Part shown: positions 44,702 through 55,297 of the stretch, piece after piece
Numbering within the stretch: position 1 is the first letter of the stretch
How the letters are laid out: each line of letters starts with the position of its first letter
From: an uncultured Candidatus Saccharibacteria bacterium
GTDB lineage: Bacteria > Patescibacteriota > Saccharimonadia > Saccharimonadales > Saccharimonadaceae
DNA: 64,000 bases
Assembly: GCA_964404945.1 (NCBI GenBank)
Contig: CAYOLY010000002.1
Span: forward strand, 602-64,601
Reading direction: 5' to 3'
Made by a program: the position numbers and the translations under genes
Notes under the pieces: model-generated
Seen by the model: only the letters and a program-made list of their open reading frames with translations
Told to the model about the DNA's origin: nothing
The model's database searches: none

Positions 44702-46069
44702 TTAGCGGGCATATTGCCAGATTTGCCCTTCCGGCGAATCTAGGATTGTAATATTCATTGCCAAGAGCTCATCGCGCAGCTGATCGGACTTTGCGAAATC
44801 ACGCTCGTCACGAGCGAGCGCACGTTGGCGCAATAACTCCTTCGCTACGTCGCTGATGTCTGGAGTATCGTCAATCAGCCCGAGGCCGAACAACTGGTCA
44901 ATCTCGCGCCAAAGTTCCAAACTAATATCGCCAAGCACATCAATCACGGCAAAGGCTAGCGGCGAGTTGAGATTATCGTTCACCGCTGCGAGGATCTTTC
45001 CGTAGCCCTCTTCGACATTGCCGTTCTCGGCCCCCACCTGATAGGCTTTTGCGATTCGATTACGCCACTTTAAACGTCGCGTGTGAGCCGCCTCGAGATC
45101 AGCCAAGCTGAAATCCCGTTCAGACTGATAGTGCCCTTGGAGCACCCACATCTTGAAGTCGAGCGGCGAATAGCCCCTCGCGGCTAAATCATCTAGGCTA
45201 TAGCCGTTACCTAAGCTCTTAGAAATTTTCTGCCCTTCGGAAGTTAAATGATTACAGTGCAGCCAATATTTCGACAGTTGTCGATCAAAAGCCGCCTCGC
45301 TTTGGGCAATTTCGTTGGTGTGATGCACTGGGATGTGGTCGATGCCGCCAGCGTGAATATCGATGGTTTCGCCTAGCTCATGGTGAATAATGGTCGAACA
45401 TTCGAGGTGCCAGCCTGGATAGCCCGGGCGACCGAGATAATCCCAACGCATTTCATGTTTTTCGCCAGGCTGAATGAATTTCCAGAGTGCGAAGTCTGAA
45501 ATGTTGCGCTTTTCATCCGAAAATTCCACCCTCGCGCCAGCCTTTAACTGATCGAGGTTCAACCCAGCAAATTCTGCATATTTCTCGAATTTACTCGTAT
45601 CATAATAGACTCCATCAGCCGTTTCGTAGGTATAGCCCTTTTTTGTCAGGATATCCACGATCTGCTCATCCTCAACGATGTAATCGGTCGCACGCGCCCA
45701 AACCGCCGGCTGGACCAAATTCAGCGCAGCAAAATCCTTTTGAAATTCGCCAATATATTTTTCAGCCACTTCCCAAACCGTTTGGCCGGTTTGGCGTGCA
45801 CCTTTTTCGAGCTTATCTTCGCCATCGTCGCCGTCCGAAACTAGATGACCGACATCTGTCAAGTTTAGCACCCGTTTCACACCGTAGCCATTAGCCTGCA
45901 AAGTGCGAACAAGCAAATCCCAATAGACATAGGCAGCAAAGTTACCAATATGCGGCGTACTGTAAACGGTTGGACCACAAGTATATATCTTCACGTTTGC
46001 CGCATCAAAGGGTACGAAATTCTCGACTTTGTGCGAAAGCTGATTGTAGAGTTTAATTTTAGATTTCAT
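44702..46069 (-). CDS. cysS: Cysteine--tRNA ligase
   Basis: YTCGPTVY, HIGN, GWHLECS, KISKS. Confidence 0.95.
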   Translation of the reverse strand: MKSKIKLYNQLSHKVENFVPFDAANVKIYTCGPTVYSTPHIGNFAAYVYWDLLVRTLQANGYGVKRVLNLTDVGHLVSDGDDGEDKLEKGARQTGQTVWEVAEKYIGEFQKDFAALNLVQPAVWARATDYIVEDEQIVDILTKKGYTYETADGVYYDTSKFEKYAEFAGLNLDQLKAGARVEFSDEKRNISDFALWKFIQPGEKHEMRWDYLGRPGYPGWHLECSTIIHHELGETIDIHAGGIDHIPVHHTNEIAQSEAAFDRQLSKYWLHCNHLTSEGQKISKSLGNGYSLDDLAARGYSPLDFKMWVLQGHYQSERDFSLADLEAAHTRRLKWRNRIAKAYQVGAENGNVEEGYGKILAAVNDNLNSPLAFAVIDVLGDISLELWREIDQLFGLGLIDDTPDISDVAKELLRQRALARDERDFAKSDQLRDELLAMNITILDSPEGQIWQYAR

Positions 46070-46916
46070 CTTTGAGCACCTTCTTGATTTCTAGTAATAT
46101 TTTAGCACGTTTTGCGACAGATATATCGTGCTGGCCGATAGCGCTAACGTAGGTCAGGTAATGCGGATTTGCTTTGGCAGCACGGCGCAAATTTGAGCCC
46201 ATGACGAGCGGATCAAAATAGCCATGAATGATTACAGTCGGAACACGAATTTTGGTGTAAGTTTGGTAATTCTTTGGGTTAAGAATAATCTCATCCATTG
46301 ATTTAGCAAAGGCCGCAGTTTTAATATAAGAAGAACGAAAACTACTGAACCGCTGCACGAGACGCGCGATAACCTCAGCCGCTGGCACGTCCACGGCGAT
46401 GTCGTGGAGGGCAGAGTATGACTTCACGTAGACTTTATCTGGCAATTTAGCAACTTCTTCCGCCATTAGGACTGGCGGCGAGACGAGAATAAGCTTTTTC
46501 AGCTCAACGTTCGGCGTAAAATTAGTCGCGTAATCGGCCGCAATCAGTGATCCCATCGAATGTCCGACTAGCACTACTGGCGAGCGTACCTTGAGTTTTT
46601 TAAGTGTACGGTCCAAGGCTTTTTCATAGTCGAGATAAACATAATCGAGCCAATCCGCCTGTAAAGATTTACCAAAGCCAAGCAGATCTAGTGCGATCAA
46701 ACGTACGCTCTTTAGCTCTGGGTCCCTTTCGAACTGCCAGCAAGTCGAACGCCAGGTATCTGAGTTCGCCGAAATCCCGTGTAAAAACACTACAGTAAGG
46801 CTAGGGTCTTTTACCTTATTATCGTGCGCAACCCGCAAACGAATCGGCCAGCGAAAAACATTATACCAAATCCAGGTTGCCGCATTATATAACTTACGCA
46901 GTAGCATCTTGTTCAC
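46059..46916 (-). CDS. Alpha/beta-fold hydrolase
   Basis: FLHGI, DLLGFGKS, nucleophile GHSMG, HGYFD, HD. Confidence 0.85.
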   Translation of the reverse strand: MNKMLLRKLYNAATWIWYNVFRWPIRLRVAHDNKVKDPSLTVVFLHGISANSDTWRSTCWQFERDPELKSVRLIALDLLGFGKSLQADWLDYVYLDYEKALDRTLKKLKVRSPVVLVGHSMGSLIAADYATNFTPNVELKKLILVSPPVLMAEEVAKLPDKVYVKSYSALHDIAVDVPAAEVIARLVQRFSSFRSSYIKTAAFAKSMDEIILNPKNYQTYTKIRVPTVIIHGYFDPLVMGSNLRRAAKANPHYLTYVSAIGQHDISVAKRAKILLEIKKVLKDEI

Positions 46917-47886
46917 ACTCAGCCAAGAGTCCCGGAAGAATTTTCACTACATCCGCCACTACATCTTCATAGCTAAGGCCATAGGTGCGGAATCCAGCCG
47001 CGTAGGGGTGTCCGCCGCCACCAAAATAACCCGCGATTTGTTCGGCAACTGGCTTTGCGGCTCGTACCTTACCAGTGATCTTGCCATCCGGGTAAGTTTT
47101 GATCGCAATCGCGACGTCGACTCCTTCAACTAGACGTAATTCTTCTAAAATTAGTACGTTTGGATTATACTCGTCGGAATATTGTTGAATTTCCTCAAAC
47201 GGAATATGTACGGTTGCCAACTTTCCGTCGAGACTGTACTCCACCCGTTTAATCAAATCAGCCTTGTAATCGAGAATTCGTTGGGATTTCTTCATGAATT
47301 CACGACGCTGCTCGTCAAGCTCGGCTGGGTTCGCTCCGAGGTCGATTAGCTCGGCCATTGTCCGCATCGTATCGGCCGTGACTGAAGCGCTCACTAGCCC
47401 GAGCGTATCGGAAGATATAGCCGAATACAGCGCGCAAGCCGCTTCTTTGTTAATTTCAAAATGATTAGCTTTAGCAATTTTATAAATCAGATCAGCGCAA
47501 GCTGGCAACGGTTCAATGATCGCTTCGTGCGAAAACTCAAGGTCATCTTCGGTCTCGTGATGATCAATGACGAGCACTGGTTTATTGTAAAGACAATTTC
47601 GAATCGCTACATCGTCAAGCAATTTTGATAGCAGGACACTAGACGCCGTATCTACAATAATATAACCGTCAGCCTTATAATCAAACTCAATTTCTACGCG
47701 CGACCAATCAGCAAAATAACGCAGATACTTAGGAATATCGACCGGGCAATAAAGGTGATTTTCGGTATTTTTTAGGATATAATCGAGCGCTATTGCCGAA
47801 CCGAGTGAATCGCCATCTGGGTTTTCCGCCTGGATAATGCAGATCCGGTTTTTATCTTTCAAGAATTCTACAAATTTCTCGTACAT
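46894..47886 (-). CDS. DHH/DHHA1 phosphoesterase (NrnA-like)
   Basis: NPDGDSLGS, IDHH, SDT, GGGHPYAAG. Confidence 0.88.
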   Translation of the reverse strand: MYEKFVEFLKDKNRICIIQAENPDGDSLGSAIALDYILKNTENHLYCPVDIPKYLRYFADWSRVEIEFDYKADGYIIVDTASSVLLSKLLDDVAIRNCLYNKPVLVIDHHETEDDLEFSHEAIIEPLPACADLIYKIAKANHFEINKEAACALYSAISSDTLGLVSASVTADTMRTMAELIDLGANPAELDEQRREFMKKSQRILDYKADLIKRVEYSLDGKLATVHIPFEEIQQYSDEYNPNVLILEELRLVEGVDVAIAIKTYPDGKITGKVRAAKPVAEQIAGYFGGGGHPYAAGFRTYGLSYEDVVADVVKILPGLLAECEQDATA

Positions 47887-47907
47887 ATGCTATATATTAT
47901 AGCATGT

Positions 47908-48594
47908 TTAGCCACGCTTCTTGCTAGCTTTCCTTTTACGAGGCGCAGGGTGCTTGGCTTCGAACTTCGGAAATGCTTTCACTAAGCGGCGATTGAGGCG
48001 TCCTTTTTCCATCATGATCTGGCGTACCCGAGTAGAGATTTCGTCCGTAGCATCGCGCTCGACGGTGCCGACAGTTACTCGAAAATTCACGATCATCCAA
48101 AGCGAGAGCATAATGTCGCAAATCAGCACGCCAATCAAAATCGCTGCCAAGGCAATAATTATACCGTCCCCAAGCTGCCCAAGCAGACCTAGAATGAACG
48201 GGTTAATAAACCGCACCAATAGCACGCCCAGGAGCCCAAAAGCAATTGCGGCGGTTAGGCAAATCCGCCCATTAAGATTAAACGGCATATTATTATAATC
48301 CCACCACCTTACGTGGAAAAGTTTTTCCATGATCCAGCTAGTGAAATACTCTAAAGTAGCCGCACCCACCATAGATACGCAAAAGATCGCAACTACATTC
48401 TCCATATTGCCCAAGATTAATAGAATTAGTACTGCGCCTACACCATAAATAGGGCAAATTGGGCCGACAAGAAAACCGCGGTTGGTCGGTTTATGAGTAA
48501 CAAAAATTGCATAGCATTCCTCAAAAATCCAGCCGATAAAAGAATAAATAATAAAGAGGAGAAACCAAGTTGCGAGATTTACTAATACTGACAT
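47908..48594 (-). CDS. Putative ABC-transporter permease-like membrane protein
   Basis: YSFIGWIFE, NRGFLVGPICPIYG, LEYFTSW.MEKLF..RWWDY..FNLNGRICL. Confidence 0.8.
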   Translation of the reverse strand: MSVLVNLATWFLLFIIYSFIGWIFEECYAIFVTHKPTNRGFLVGPICPIYGVGAVLILLILGNMENVVAIFCVSMVGAATLEYFTSWIMEKLFHVRWWDYNNMPFNLNGRICLTAAIAFGLLGVLLVRFINPFILGLLGQLGDGIIIALAAILIGVLICDIMLSLWMIVNFRVTVGTVERDATDEISTRVRQIMMEKGRLNRRLVKAFPKFEAKHPAPRKRKASKKRG

Positions 48595-49394
48595 TATTCC
48601 TCCACTGCTAGATGCACCGGTTTTGCACGACTAGCCAAAACTACAGCCAGAACCGTCAATGCTAAATAACCCAGCACGAGTATCCAGTTTACTTTAATTA
48701 TAAAGAACGACATCAGCACATTTGCGAGCCCATGGAAAATCATACAATAGAATACCGACCCCGTGCGACGATAGATGCAAGCTAGCCAAAAGGCCACGCA
48801 AATCGCATCAACCGCAAAGAGTCCGAAGTTCATGCCCTGCTGGCTTGATCCGGCAACAAACCAAAGCGGCAAATGCCATACGGCCCAGATTGCGCCCACA
48901 ATCAAAGTTGTTACAACGAAGCTCGTCACCGGATTCTTAATGCGTTTGCTCAGCGCACGTTCTAGCACGGGCTGCAAAGTGCCTCGCCAACCGAGCTCTT
49001 CGTTCCCTCCACCAACCAAAGCGCAAGTAACAAAAATCAGCGGGAGCGTATACCATGGCATCTCTGGATTGGTTTCTAACGACGAAAGCCCGACAATAGC
49101 GATCATTAGCGCTGCGAATAACAACAAGAAACCTACGGTTTTCTTTTTATGATTAAAGATAAAGTTCCAAACTTTGCGGAAGCTCAACTTTCCCTCTAGG
49201 CAAAGAATCGCCGAAATCGTAGGCCCAAACCCGCCGATAATAAATAAAAACATACCGATTATACTATTTAGCCCAGCGATTCCTAGCGCGCTCAGGGTTA
49301 CTAGAATCCCCCAGCTTAGCCAGCTGATGAAGAATGTTATAAGTAGATATTCTTGGACGCGCCATTCGTCCTTATAGCCTTTGATTTTGTGCAT
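48594..49394 (-). CDS. CPBP (CAAX/Abi) intramembrane metalloprotease
   Basis: EELGWRG, WAVWHLPL, FHGLAN. Confidence 0.85.
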   Translation of the reverse strand: MHKIKGYKDEWRVQEYLLITFFISWLSWGILVTLSALGIAGLNSIIGMFLFIIGGFGPTISAILCLEGKLSFRKVWNFIFNHKKKTVGFLLLFAALMIAIVGLSSLETNPEMPWYTLPLIFVTCALVGGGNEELGWRGTLQPVLERALSKRIKNPVTSFVVTTLIVGAIWAVWHLPLWFVAGSSQQGMNFGLFAVDAICVAFWLACIYRRTGSVFYCMIFHGLANVLMSFFIIKVNWILVLGYLALTVLAVVLASRAKPVHLAVEE

Positions 49395-49395
49395 T

Positions 49396-50544
49396 TTAGA
49401 CCTCGATTTCTCCTATCATCTTTACACTTTCACTTTCTGGCAAGGTTTCGACTTCCTTCAGCTTGCGCTCAATTTGGCGCGAGGTGACCTCGGCACTACC
49501 AATCTTATTAGCGGTTTCCTCAAGTTTTTTCTTGGTCGCGGCCAGTAGATCGCCAAACTTGCTGAACTGGGTCTTAACTGCACCGAGGGTTTGCCAAACT
49601 TCGGCCGAACGCTTTTCAATCGCAACACTACGAAAGCCCATCGTGAGCCCCGATAGAATCACTGGCAAGGTCGACGGAGAGCAAATCGTGACGTTGTGTT
49701 TTTGACGCACCTCATCGGATAGCCCAGGAATGCGTAAAATTTCTGCATAAAGACTCTCGGTCGGCACAAACATAACACCAAAATCAGTTGTAGCCGGCGG
49801 ATCAAGATATTTTGTAGAGATTTTCTTTGCCTGGGTCAAAACATCGGCTCGCAAGGCCTTACGATATAGCTCGATCTCGTCTTTATTACCTTTTTCGTAA
49901 GCCTCAAGTAGGCGAGCATAATTCTCAGTTGGGAACTTCGAATCGACTGGCAGGTAGACCGTACCATCATCTTTGCCCGGCATCCGAATAGCATATTCGA
50001 CTCGGTCATTGCTGCCAGATTTCGTAATAATATTTTCGTCATACTGCTCCACCGCAAGACAATCTTCGATGATGTTGCCGAGCTGCACCTCACCATAAAC
50101 GCCACGAGTCTTCACGCCTTCCATAACTTTCTTCAGATCACCAACACCATTCGCTAAGGTTTTCATTTCACCGAGGCCTTGATAGACCTGCGTAAGTTGA
50201 CCCGAAATTTCCTTAAAGCTTTCGTTGAAACGCTTTTCGACCGATTTTTGCAGTTTTTCATCGACGGTAAGACGCATCTCCTCAAGTTTTTTCGAGTTGT
50301 CTTCCTGCAAGCTCTTTACGCGAGTGTCGACTGTACGCTGAATGCCTTGCAAATTCTCGGAAATTTCACGGCGATTCTCCCGAAAAGCTCCTTCGATCTT
50401 AGGCGTCAGCTTATCAAGTTCACCTTCTACACGGATGAGGCGTTCTTCGATACGCGCAGTGTCCGATCCGACTGGACGACGGCGTACTAAGATAATTAGT
50501 ATGCCGATCACGATGATTAAGAGACCGATAATAAAAATCTCCAT
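49396..50544 (-). CDS. rmuC: DNA recombination protein RmuC
   Basis: KTRGVYGEVQL, LPVDSKFP, DFGVMFVPTESLY, SPSTL. Confidence 0.92.
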   Translation of the reverse strand: MEIFIIGLLIIVIGILIILVRRRPVGSDTARIEERLIRVEGELDKLTPKIEGAFRENRREISENLQGIQRTVDTRVKSLQEDNSKKLEEMRLTVDEKLQKSVEKRFNESFKEISGQLTQVYQGLGEMKTLANGVGDLKKVMEGVKTRGVYGEVQLGNIIEDCLAVEQYDENIITKSGSNDRVEYAIRMPGKDDGTVYLPVDSKFPTENYARLLEAYEKGNKDEIELYRKALRADVLTQAKKISTKYLDPPATTDFGVMFVPTESLYAEILRIPGLSDEVRQKHNVTICSPSTLPVILSGLTMGFRSVAIEKRSAEVWQTLGAVKTQFSKFGDLLAATKKKLEETANKIGSAEVTSRQIERKLKEVETLPESESVKMIGEIEV

Positions 50545-50588
50545 ATAACATGTATTATAGCATAAATTTTATGGAGATACTCGGAAAA

Positions 50589-52652
50589 TTATGCTCGTCG
50601 TTCGCGAATGATGTTCTTGCTGCACAAATATGTAATCAGGAAATAACCACCGTAGATCACTACAATTAGCACGGCTGTAAGCAGAATCGAACGAAGCAGA
50701 TCCATGTTACCAAAAGTCACGAGGATATAGCTACAAAACATCATACCGAAAGCCGAATGGATAATGGCAACAAGGAGCGGGAAGCCGAAAAAGATTGCAA
50801 TTTGCCAAAAGAGCGCACGATTTAGCATCTTTTCACTAGCGCCAATCTTGCGCAACATGCTAAATTTTTGCCGGTTGTCACTACTTTCAGAAAGTTCCTT
50901 TAGAGCCAGCACCGCCGCACTCGAAATCAGGAAGATCATGCCAAGGTAAAGTCCGATAAAGGTTACTAAGGCGCTTAGTCCAATGTTGTTGTTTATCATG
51001 GCCTGGCGAGTTTCCGTATAGAAGTAGGAATCTTCAGCAAAAATACCGTAACGAGAGTAATCAATAATCTGTTCTTCGACGGCGGCTTTATCAATGTCGT
51101 CTGCGTATTTAGCGTACATAGTCCATTCTTCGTAAGCATCATCGCTTAGCTTAAGCGAATCTGGCACGACAAACAATCCGGTGTTGATATTAGACTGAGG
51201 CGACATTTCGCCCGCACCAATCTGGCATTCGCTATATTTCGGTTTTAAGGTTTTACCATTAATCGTAATTTTCGTTCCGGCGGCCAATGCAGGGTTACGT
51301 ACCGAATCGACAGATTCTTGGTGGTCGGCTACCACCGCATATTCGTCGTCTGCGAGCTGTAACTCAGGATTGTCAAAAATTCGTGCGATTTTATTATAAT
51401 CCGTAACATAGATTACTGTTTCGGGCGAATCGAAGTAAACGTGCTGGTACTTTTCTTGCATCTCGTCAACTAAGTCGCCAAGAGTTTCCCTCATCGTAAG
51501 GTCTTGCATACGGTATTTTTTAAACTCGATAGACTCCGTAAATACGTTGTCTAGATCAAGGCCTCGATCGTGATAAGCCTGGTAAATCTTAGCTTTAGAA
51601 TTGTTGCCGAGCGGATAGAGGTTACCGTCCTCGTCCGCCTTAGGATTTCGGTGAAGTTCAATGTCCATAGGCAAATTCTGTGCTAGGGCCGTATTCATAG
51701 AGTTGCGAATTGACATCGCCGAGCTGAAGATACAGATCGTCACAAAGAGCATTAAAGAGATCATCGTCATCGAGAAAACAGTGGTATTGATTTTACTACT
51801 AAATTGACGCAGCGTGAAGCTATTGAGCTTATGATAATAAACGCTTTTCCAGCTCATGAAAACGCGTAGCAGCAACCCCGAGAGCGACCAAAAGAGTAGA
51901 AAAGTCGCTATACCGCCAGTCGCAAGCACTAGGTAGATCATATTCTCGCTCTGCAGCAAGACCGTTTCGACTCCGCTCGTCACGGCATAATAAGCCCATG
52001 CCAGCATTGCAACAGCGATACAAAAGACAGCCGTGCATAACCAAGTGTTTTTGACCTTGATTTTCTCGCTTTGGCGAGCGCTTGAGAGCAAAGTGATCAG
52101 TTTCTGGCGTCCAATATTAACAGTATTAAAAATCATTACGACAAGATAGATAATGGCAAAACAGATAACGGTTTTCAGACAAGCCGAAGCAGAAAAAACA
52201 AAAGTAAAGTTCGTCATATCGGCTTCAAAAAGGTTCGCAACCAGCACACTAGTAAATTGCGATAAGACAACACCAACCAACAGGCCAACCGCCAGCGAGA
52301 TTAGGCCGATGAGAAAAGTCTCTATCAGAAGTACACCAGAAATCTTGCGTTTACTCATACCTAGCGTAAGGTAAAGACCAAATTCTTTGCTACGCCGTTT
52401 GATCAAAAACCTAGATGCATAAAGAATAAGGAAGCCCAACACAAAGGCCACAAAGATACTAACGCCAGAGAGGATAGTCATCATAAGACCCACGATTTCA
52501 AGCATTGAAGCGTCGATATTTAACATGGCTGTCTGGCTCTCGATGGCATTAAAAATGTAGAAAATCGCTACACCGAGCACTAGTGTGAAAAAGTAAATGG
52601 CGTAGTCTTTAACACTGCGCTTGATATTTCTAAGAGCTAGTTTAAAGAACAT
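50589..52652 (-). CDS. BceB-like peptide-resistance ABC permease
   Basis: KLALRNIKR, DYAIYFFTL, RSKEFGLY.TLGM, large extracellular loop, F.MLRKIG. Confidence 0.88.
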   Translation of the reverse strand: MFFKLALRNIKRSVKDYAIYFFTLVLGVAIFYIFNAIESQTAMLNIDASMLEIVGLMMTILSGVSIFVAFVLGFLILYASRFLIKRRSKEFGLYLTLGMSKRKISGVLLIETFLIGLISLAVGLLVGVVLSQFTSVLVANLFEADMTNFTFVFSASACLKTVICFAIIYLVVMIFNTVNIGRQKLITLLSSARQSEKIKVKNTWLCTAVFCIAVAMLAWAYYAVTSGVETVLLQSENMIYLVLATGGIATFLLFWSLSGLLLRVFMSWKSVYYHKLNSFTLRQFSSKINTTVFSMTMISLMLFVTICIFSSAMSIRNSMNTALAQNLPMDIELHRNPKADEDGNLYPLGNNSKAKIYQAYHDRGLDLDNVFTESIEFKKYRMQDLTMRETLGDLVDEMQEKYQHVYFDSPETVIYVTDYNKIARIFDNPELQLADDEYAVVADHQESVDSVRNPALAAGTKITINGKTLKPKYSECQIGAGEMSPQSNINTGLFVVPDSLKLSDDAYEEWTMYAKYADDIDKAAVEEQIIDYSRYGIFAEDSYFYTETRQAMINNNIGLSALVTFIGLYLGMIFLISSAAVLALKELSESSDNRQKFSMLRKIGASEKMLNRALFWQIAIFFGFPLLVAIIHSAFGMMFCSYILVTFGNMDLLRSILLTAVLIVVIYGGYFLITYLCSKNIIRERRA

Positions 52653-53409
52653 CGTTCAAATCTCCTCCGAGTAGAGTCATAATATCAATAATAGCATCAA
52701 AGAACTTCTTGCGCGAATCTTTGCCACGTCGGATTTCATTAAAAAGTTTACCGTCTTTAATGAAAATTGCTCGTGAAGCATACGAGGCTGCAAATGCGTC
52801 GTGCGTTACCATGAGAATGGTCGCCTGGAGTTTCTGATTCAGTGCTTCAAATTGTTCAAGCAGCATACGCGAAGATTTTGAATCGAGCGCACCAGTTGGT
52901 TCATCGGCAAGAATCAGCTTAGGATTCGTAATTAAGGCGCGCGCCGAAGCGACCCGTTGTTTTTGACCACCAGACATTTGATACGGATACTTTTGCAAGA
53001 CATCCTTGATATTGAGCTCGCGTGCAACTGCATGCACACGACTATCAATTTCGTGCGCATTAACGTTCTGAATCGAAAGCGCTAAAGCAATATTTTCGTA
53101 AGCCGTGAGCGAATCAAGTAGGTTAAAGTCCTGAAAAACAAAGCCCAACTCTTCACGACGAAAGCGATTCAAGTCTTCACCCTTTAAAGTCGTAATATCC
53201 TCACCGTCAACATAAATATTCCCCGAGGTGACACGGTCGATGGTTGAAATCACGTTAAGCAACGTGGTTTTACCTGATCCGCTCGCGCCCATAATCGCTA
53301 CAAACTCACCCTCGTTAACGGTGAAAGAAATATTATTAATAGCCTTCGTCAGCGAAGATTTACTACCGTAGTACTTCTCGACTTTTTCTAATTCTAGAAT
53401 CGTTTTCAT
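52642..53409 (-). CDS. BceA-like ABC ATP-binding protein
   Basis: GASGSGKTT, FQDFNLLDSLT, MSGGQKQR, ADEPTGALD, VTHDAFAASY. Confidence 0.92.
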   Translation of the reverse strand: MKTILELEKVEKYYGSKSSLTKAINNISFTVNEGEFVAIMGASGSGKTTLLNVISTIDRVTSGNIYVDGEDITTLKGEDLNRFRREELGFVFQDFNLLDSLTAYENIALALSIQNVNAHEIDSRVHAVARELNIKDVLQKYPYQMSGGQKQRVASARALITNPKLILADEPTGALDSKSSRMLLEQFEALNQKLQATILMVTHDAFAASYASRAIFIKDGKLFNEIRRGKDSRKKFFDAIIDIMTLLGGDLNDVL

Positions 53410-53464
53410 ATTTTCTCCTTAGCCTGATTTTATGGCATCTTATTGATCCTGTCGTCAGCTTAGA

Positions 53465-53491
53465 CTTACAATAAACTTACTTTTTTGTAAG
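53465..53491. promoter_or_regulatory. BceR-like response-regulator binding site
   Basis: CTTAC-TTTTTT-GTAAG IR (53476-53491) plus a half-site 11 bp away; TAAAAT -10 at 53427-53432 (-). Confidence 0.65.
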
Positions 53492-54514
53492 GTAATAGTC
53501 ATGGCTAGAAAAGATAATTTCAACGGTAGTTCCCTCCCCAGGAGCAGAGGTTACACGAATTTGGTGACCCATTTTATCGCAGAGTGTTTTCGCGATATAT
53601 AAACCCATGCCGGTCGAGGACTCTGCGTTGGCTCGAGCAGCATGGCCATTGTGGCCGGTAAACGATTTCTCGAAGACACGCGGCAAATCGCGCGGATCGA
53701 TCCCAACGCCATCGTCGTGTACAGCCAAAATGACTTCTGACCCACGGTCTGCTGCCGAAATCTCAATTTGGCTACTATCGTATTTTACAGAATTGTTAAT
53801 AATTTGCCCCAGGATAAATTCCAGCCATTTTGCATCGGTAAATACTTGGTAATCTAGATTACGTACAATAAGATTAACCGATCGGCCTAAAAGTAAAGAC
53901 TGGTTACGTAAGGCAACTTGATGCACTACATCGGATAACTTTGTCTTACTAATCAAATAATCATGTTCAGCATTTTCGGCCCGACTAAAGTAAAGTATCT
54001 GATCGACAAGGTTATCTAGCCGATGCAGCTCGGCCATAACACGTGGATTATGGCCCATCAGGGTGAGCGCCGTCAAAGGAGTTTTCACTTCATGAATCCA
54101 GAGCTCGACGTATTCTCGAAAAGCCCGCGATTCATGTTGATAAACTTTGATATTTTCATTCATGGATTTATGAGCTAGATAGAGCGTCTCATAAAGTATA
54201 TTCCCATCGTAGAAGTTGGGCTGTTCAAGAGTCTCCAAGACGAGATAGGCTTGATCGAGTTGAGCTATATTAAGAATTAAGGCCCGATAAAATCCGCGCC
54301 GATGCCAGTAATCTATGAGTAATCCAGCTATAACAAACCCCAGAAAAAGCACCGTCACAACAACCAAAATCACCCCGTCGGCTTTTAACGCCGAAAGGAA
54401 TAGCAACATCAGCCCGAGAGTAATAATAGCAAGCAAGATTAGCGACAATTTATCTCGCAAGAAAGCCTTTGGTCCGGCTAGATATTTCCAGTTCAAGCCC
54501 GAGACATGATTCAT
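53477..54514 (-). CDS. BceS-like intramembrane-sensing histidine kinase
   Basis: Two TMs with a short loop, WIHEVKTPL, QIINNSVKY, DDGVGI, FEKSFTG, GMGLY. Confidence 0.9.
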   Translation of the reverse strand: MNHVSGLNWKYLAGPKAFLRDKLSLILLAIITLGLMLLFLSALKADGVILVVVTVLFLGFVIAGLLIDYWHRRGFYRALILNIAQLDQAYLVLETLEQPNFYDGNILYETLYLAHKSMNENIKVYQHESRAFREYVELWIHEVKTPLTALTLMGHNPRVMAELHRLDNLVDQILYFSRAENAEHDYLISKTKLSDVVHQVALRNQSLLLGRSVNLIVRNLDYQVFTDAKWLEFILGQIINNSVKYDSSQIEISAADRGSEVILAVHDDGVGIDPRDLPRVFEKSFTGHNGHAARANAESSTGMGLYIAKTLCDKMGHQIRVTSAPGEGTTVEIIFSSHDYYLTKK

Positions 54515-55254
54515 GAGAGAATATACCCGAGCCCTTTACGAGTTTCGATGGCATCGCCAGCACCAAGCAGGTCGAGTTTGTGGCGCAGGCGACTAATGTT
54601 TACGGTTAGAGCATTATCGTTAATGTATTCGTGGTTATTCCAGAGATCGGTCATTAGCGCATCTCGCGTGACGATTTGGCCCTTTGCCTCCAATAAGTGC
54701 CCGAGGATAATCATCTCGTTTTTCGTCAATAATGCCCGTTCCGGTCGGCGCTTGCGGTCATTCCGGTTCACGCTATCCGTCGAGCGTAGGCTTTCGATAA
54801 TGCCCCGCCCGAGGTCAATCTTCAAGCCTCGAAATTCCAGAAGATTCGGAGTACTATTAGCCCGCTTGAGGACTGCAGCAATGCGCAGAAGTAGGATATT
54901 CGGATTATAAGGCTTTGTAACATAATCGTCGGCACCATAACTCATAGACAAAACTTGATCGGAGTCGGCCGAGTTACCAGTCACCATAACCACCGGTAAA
55001 TCCGACTGCGTACGAAGCTCTTTAAGAATAGCCACACCGCTCAAATTCGGTAAATTAATATCTAACAAAAGCAGGTTCGGCTGTTGCTTAAGAATTTGAC
55101 GAACAACGCCTGGCGGGTCGAGGCTTTCGTTAGTGTCCGACGCTTCTGATGCTTGGAGTGACAAAGCTACCGCCTGGTAACCTGAACTTTCAAGCAACCG
55201 CGTTAGCTCTTCACACATAACGGCGTCATCTTCAATTACTAATATCTTTGCCAT
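54511..55254 (-). CDS. OmpR-family response regulator (BceR-like)
   Basis: LVIEDD, LLDINLP, GADDYVTKPY, LTVNISRLR, TRKGLGY. Confidence 0.92.
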   Translation of the reverse strand: MAKILVIEDDAVMCEELTRLLESSGYQAVALSLQASEASDTNESLDPPGVVRQILKQQPNLLLLDINLPNLSGVAILKELRTQSDLPVVMVTGNSADSDQVLSMSYGADDYVTKPYNPNILLLRIAAVLKRANSTPNLLEFRGLKIDLGRGIIESLRSTDSVNRNDRKRRPERALLTKNEMIILGHLLEAKGQIVTRDALMTDLWNNHEYINDNALTVNISRLRHKLDLLGAGDAIETRKGLGYILS

Positions 55255-55297
55255 TTGCTGGTATTATAGCACAGTTTTAAGCCGCGAGGATGTGGTG

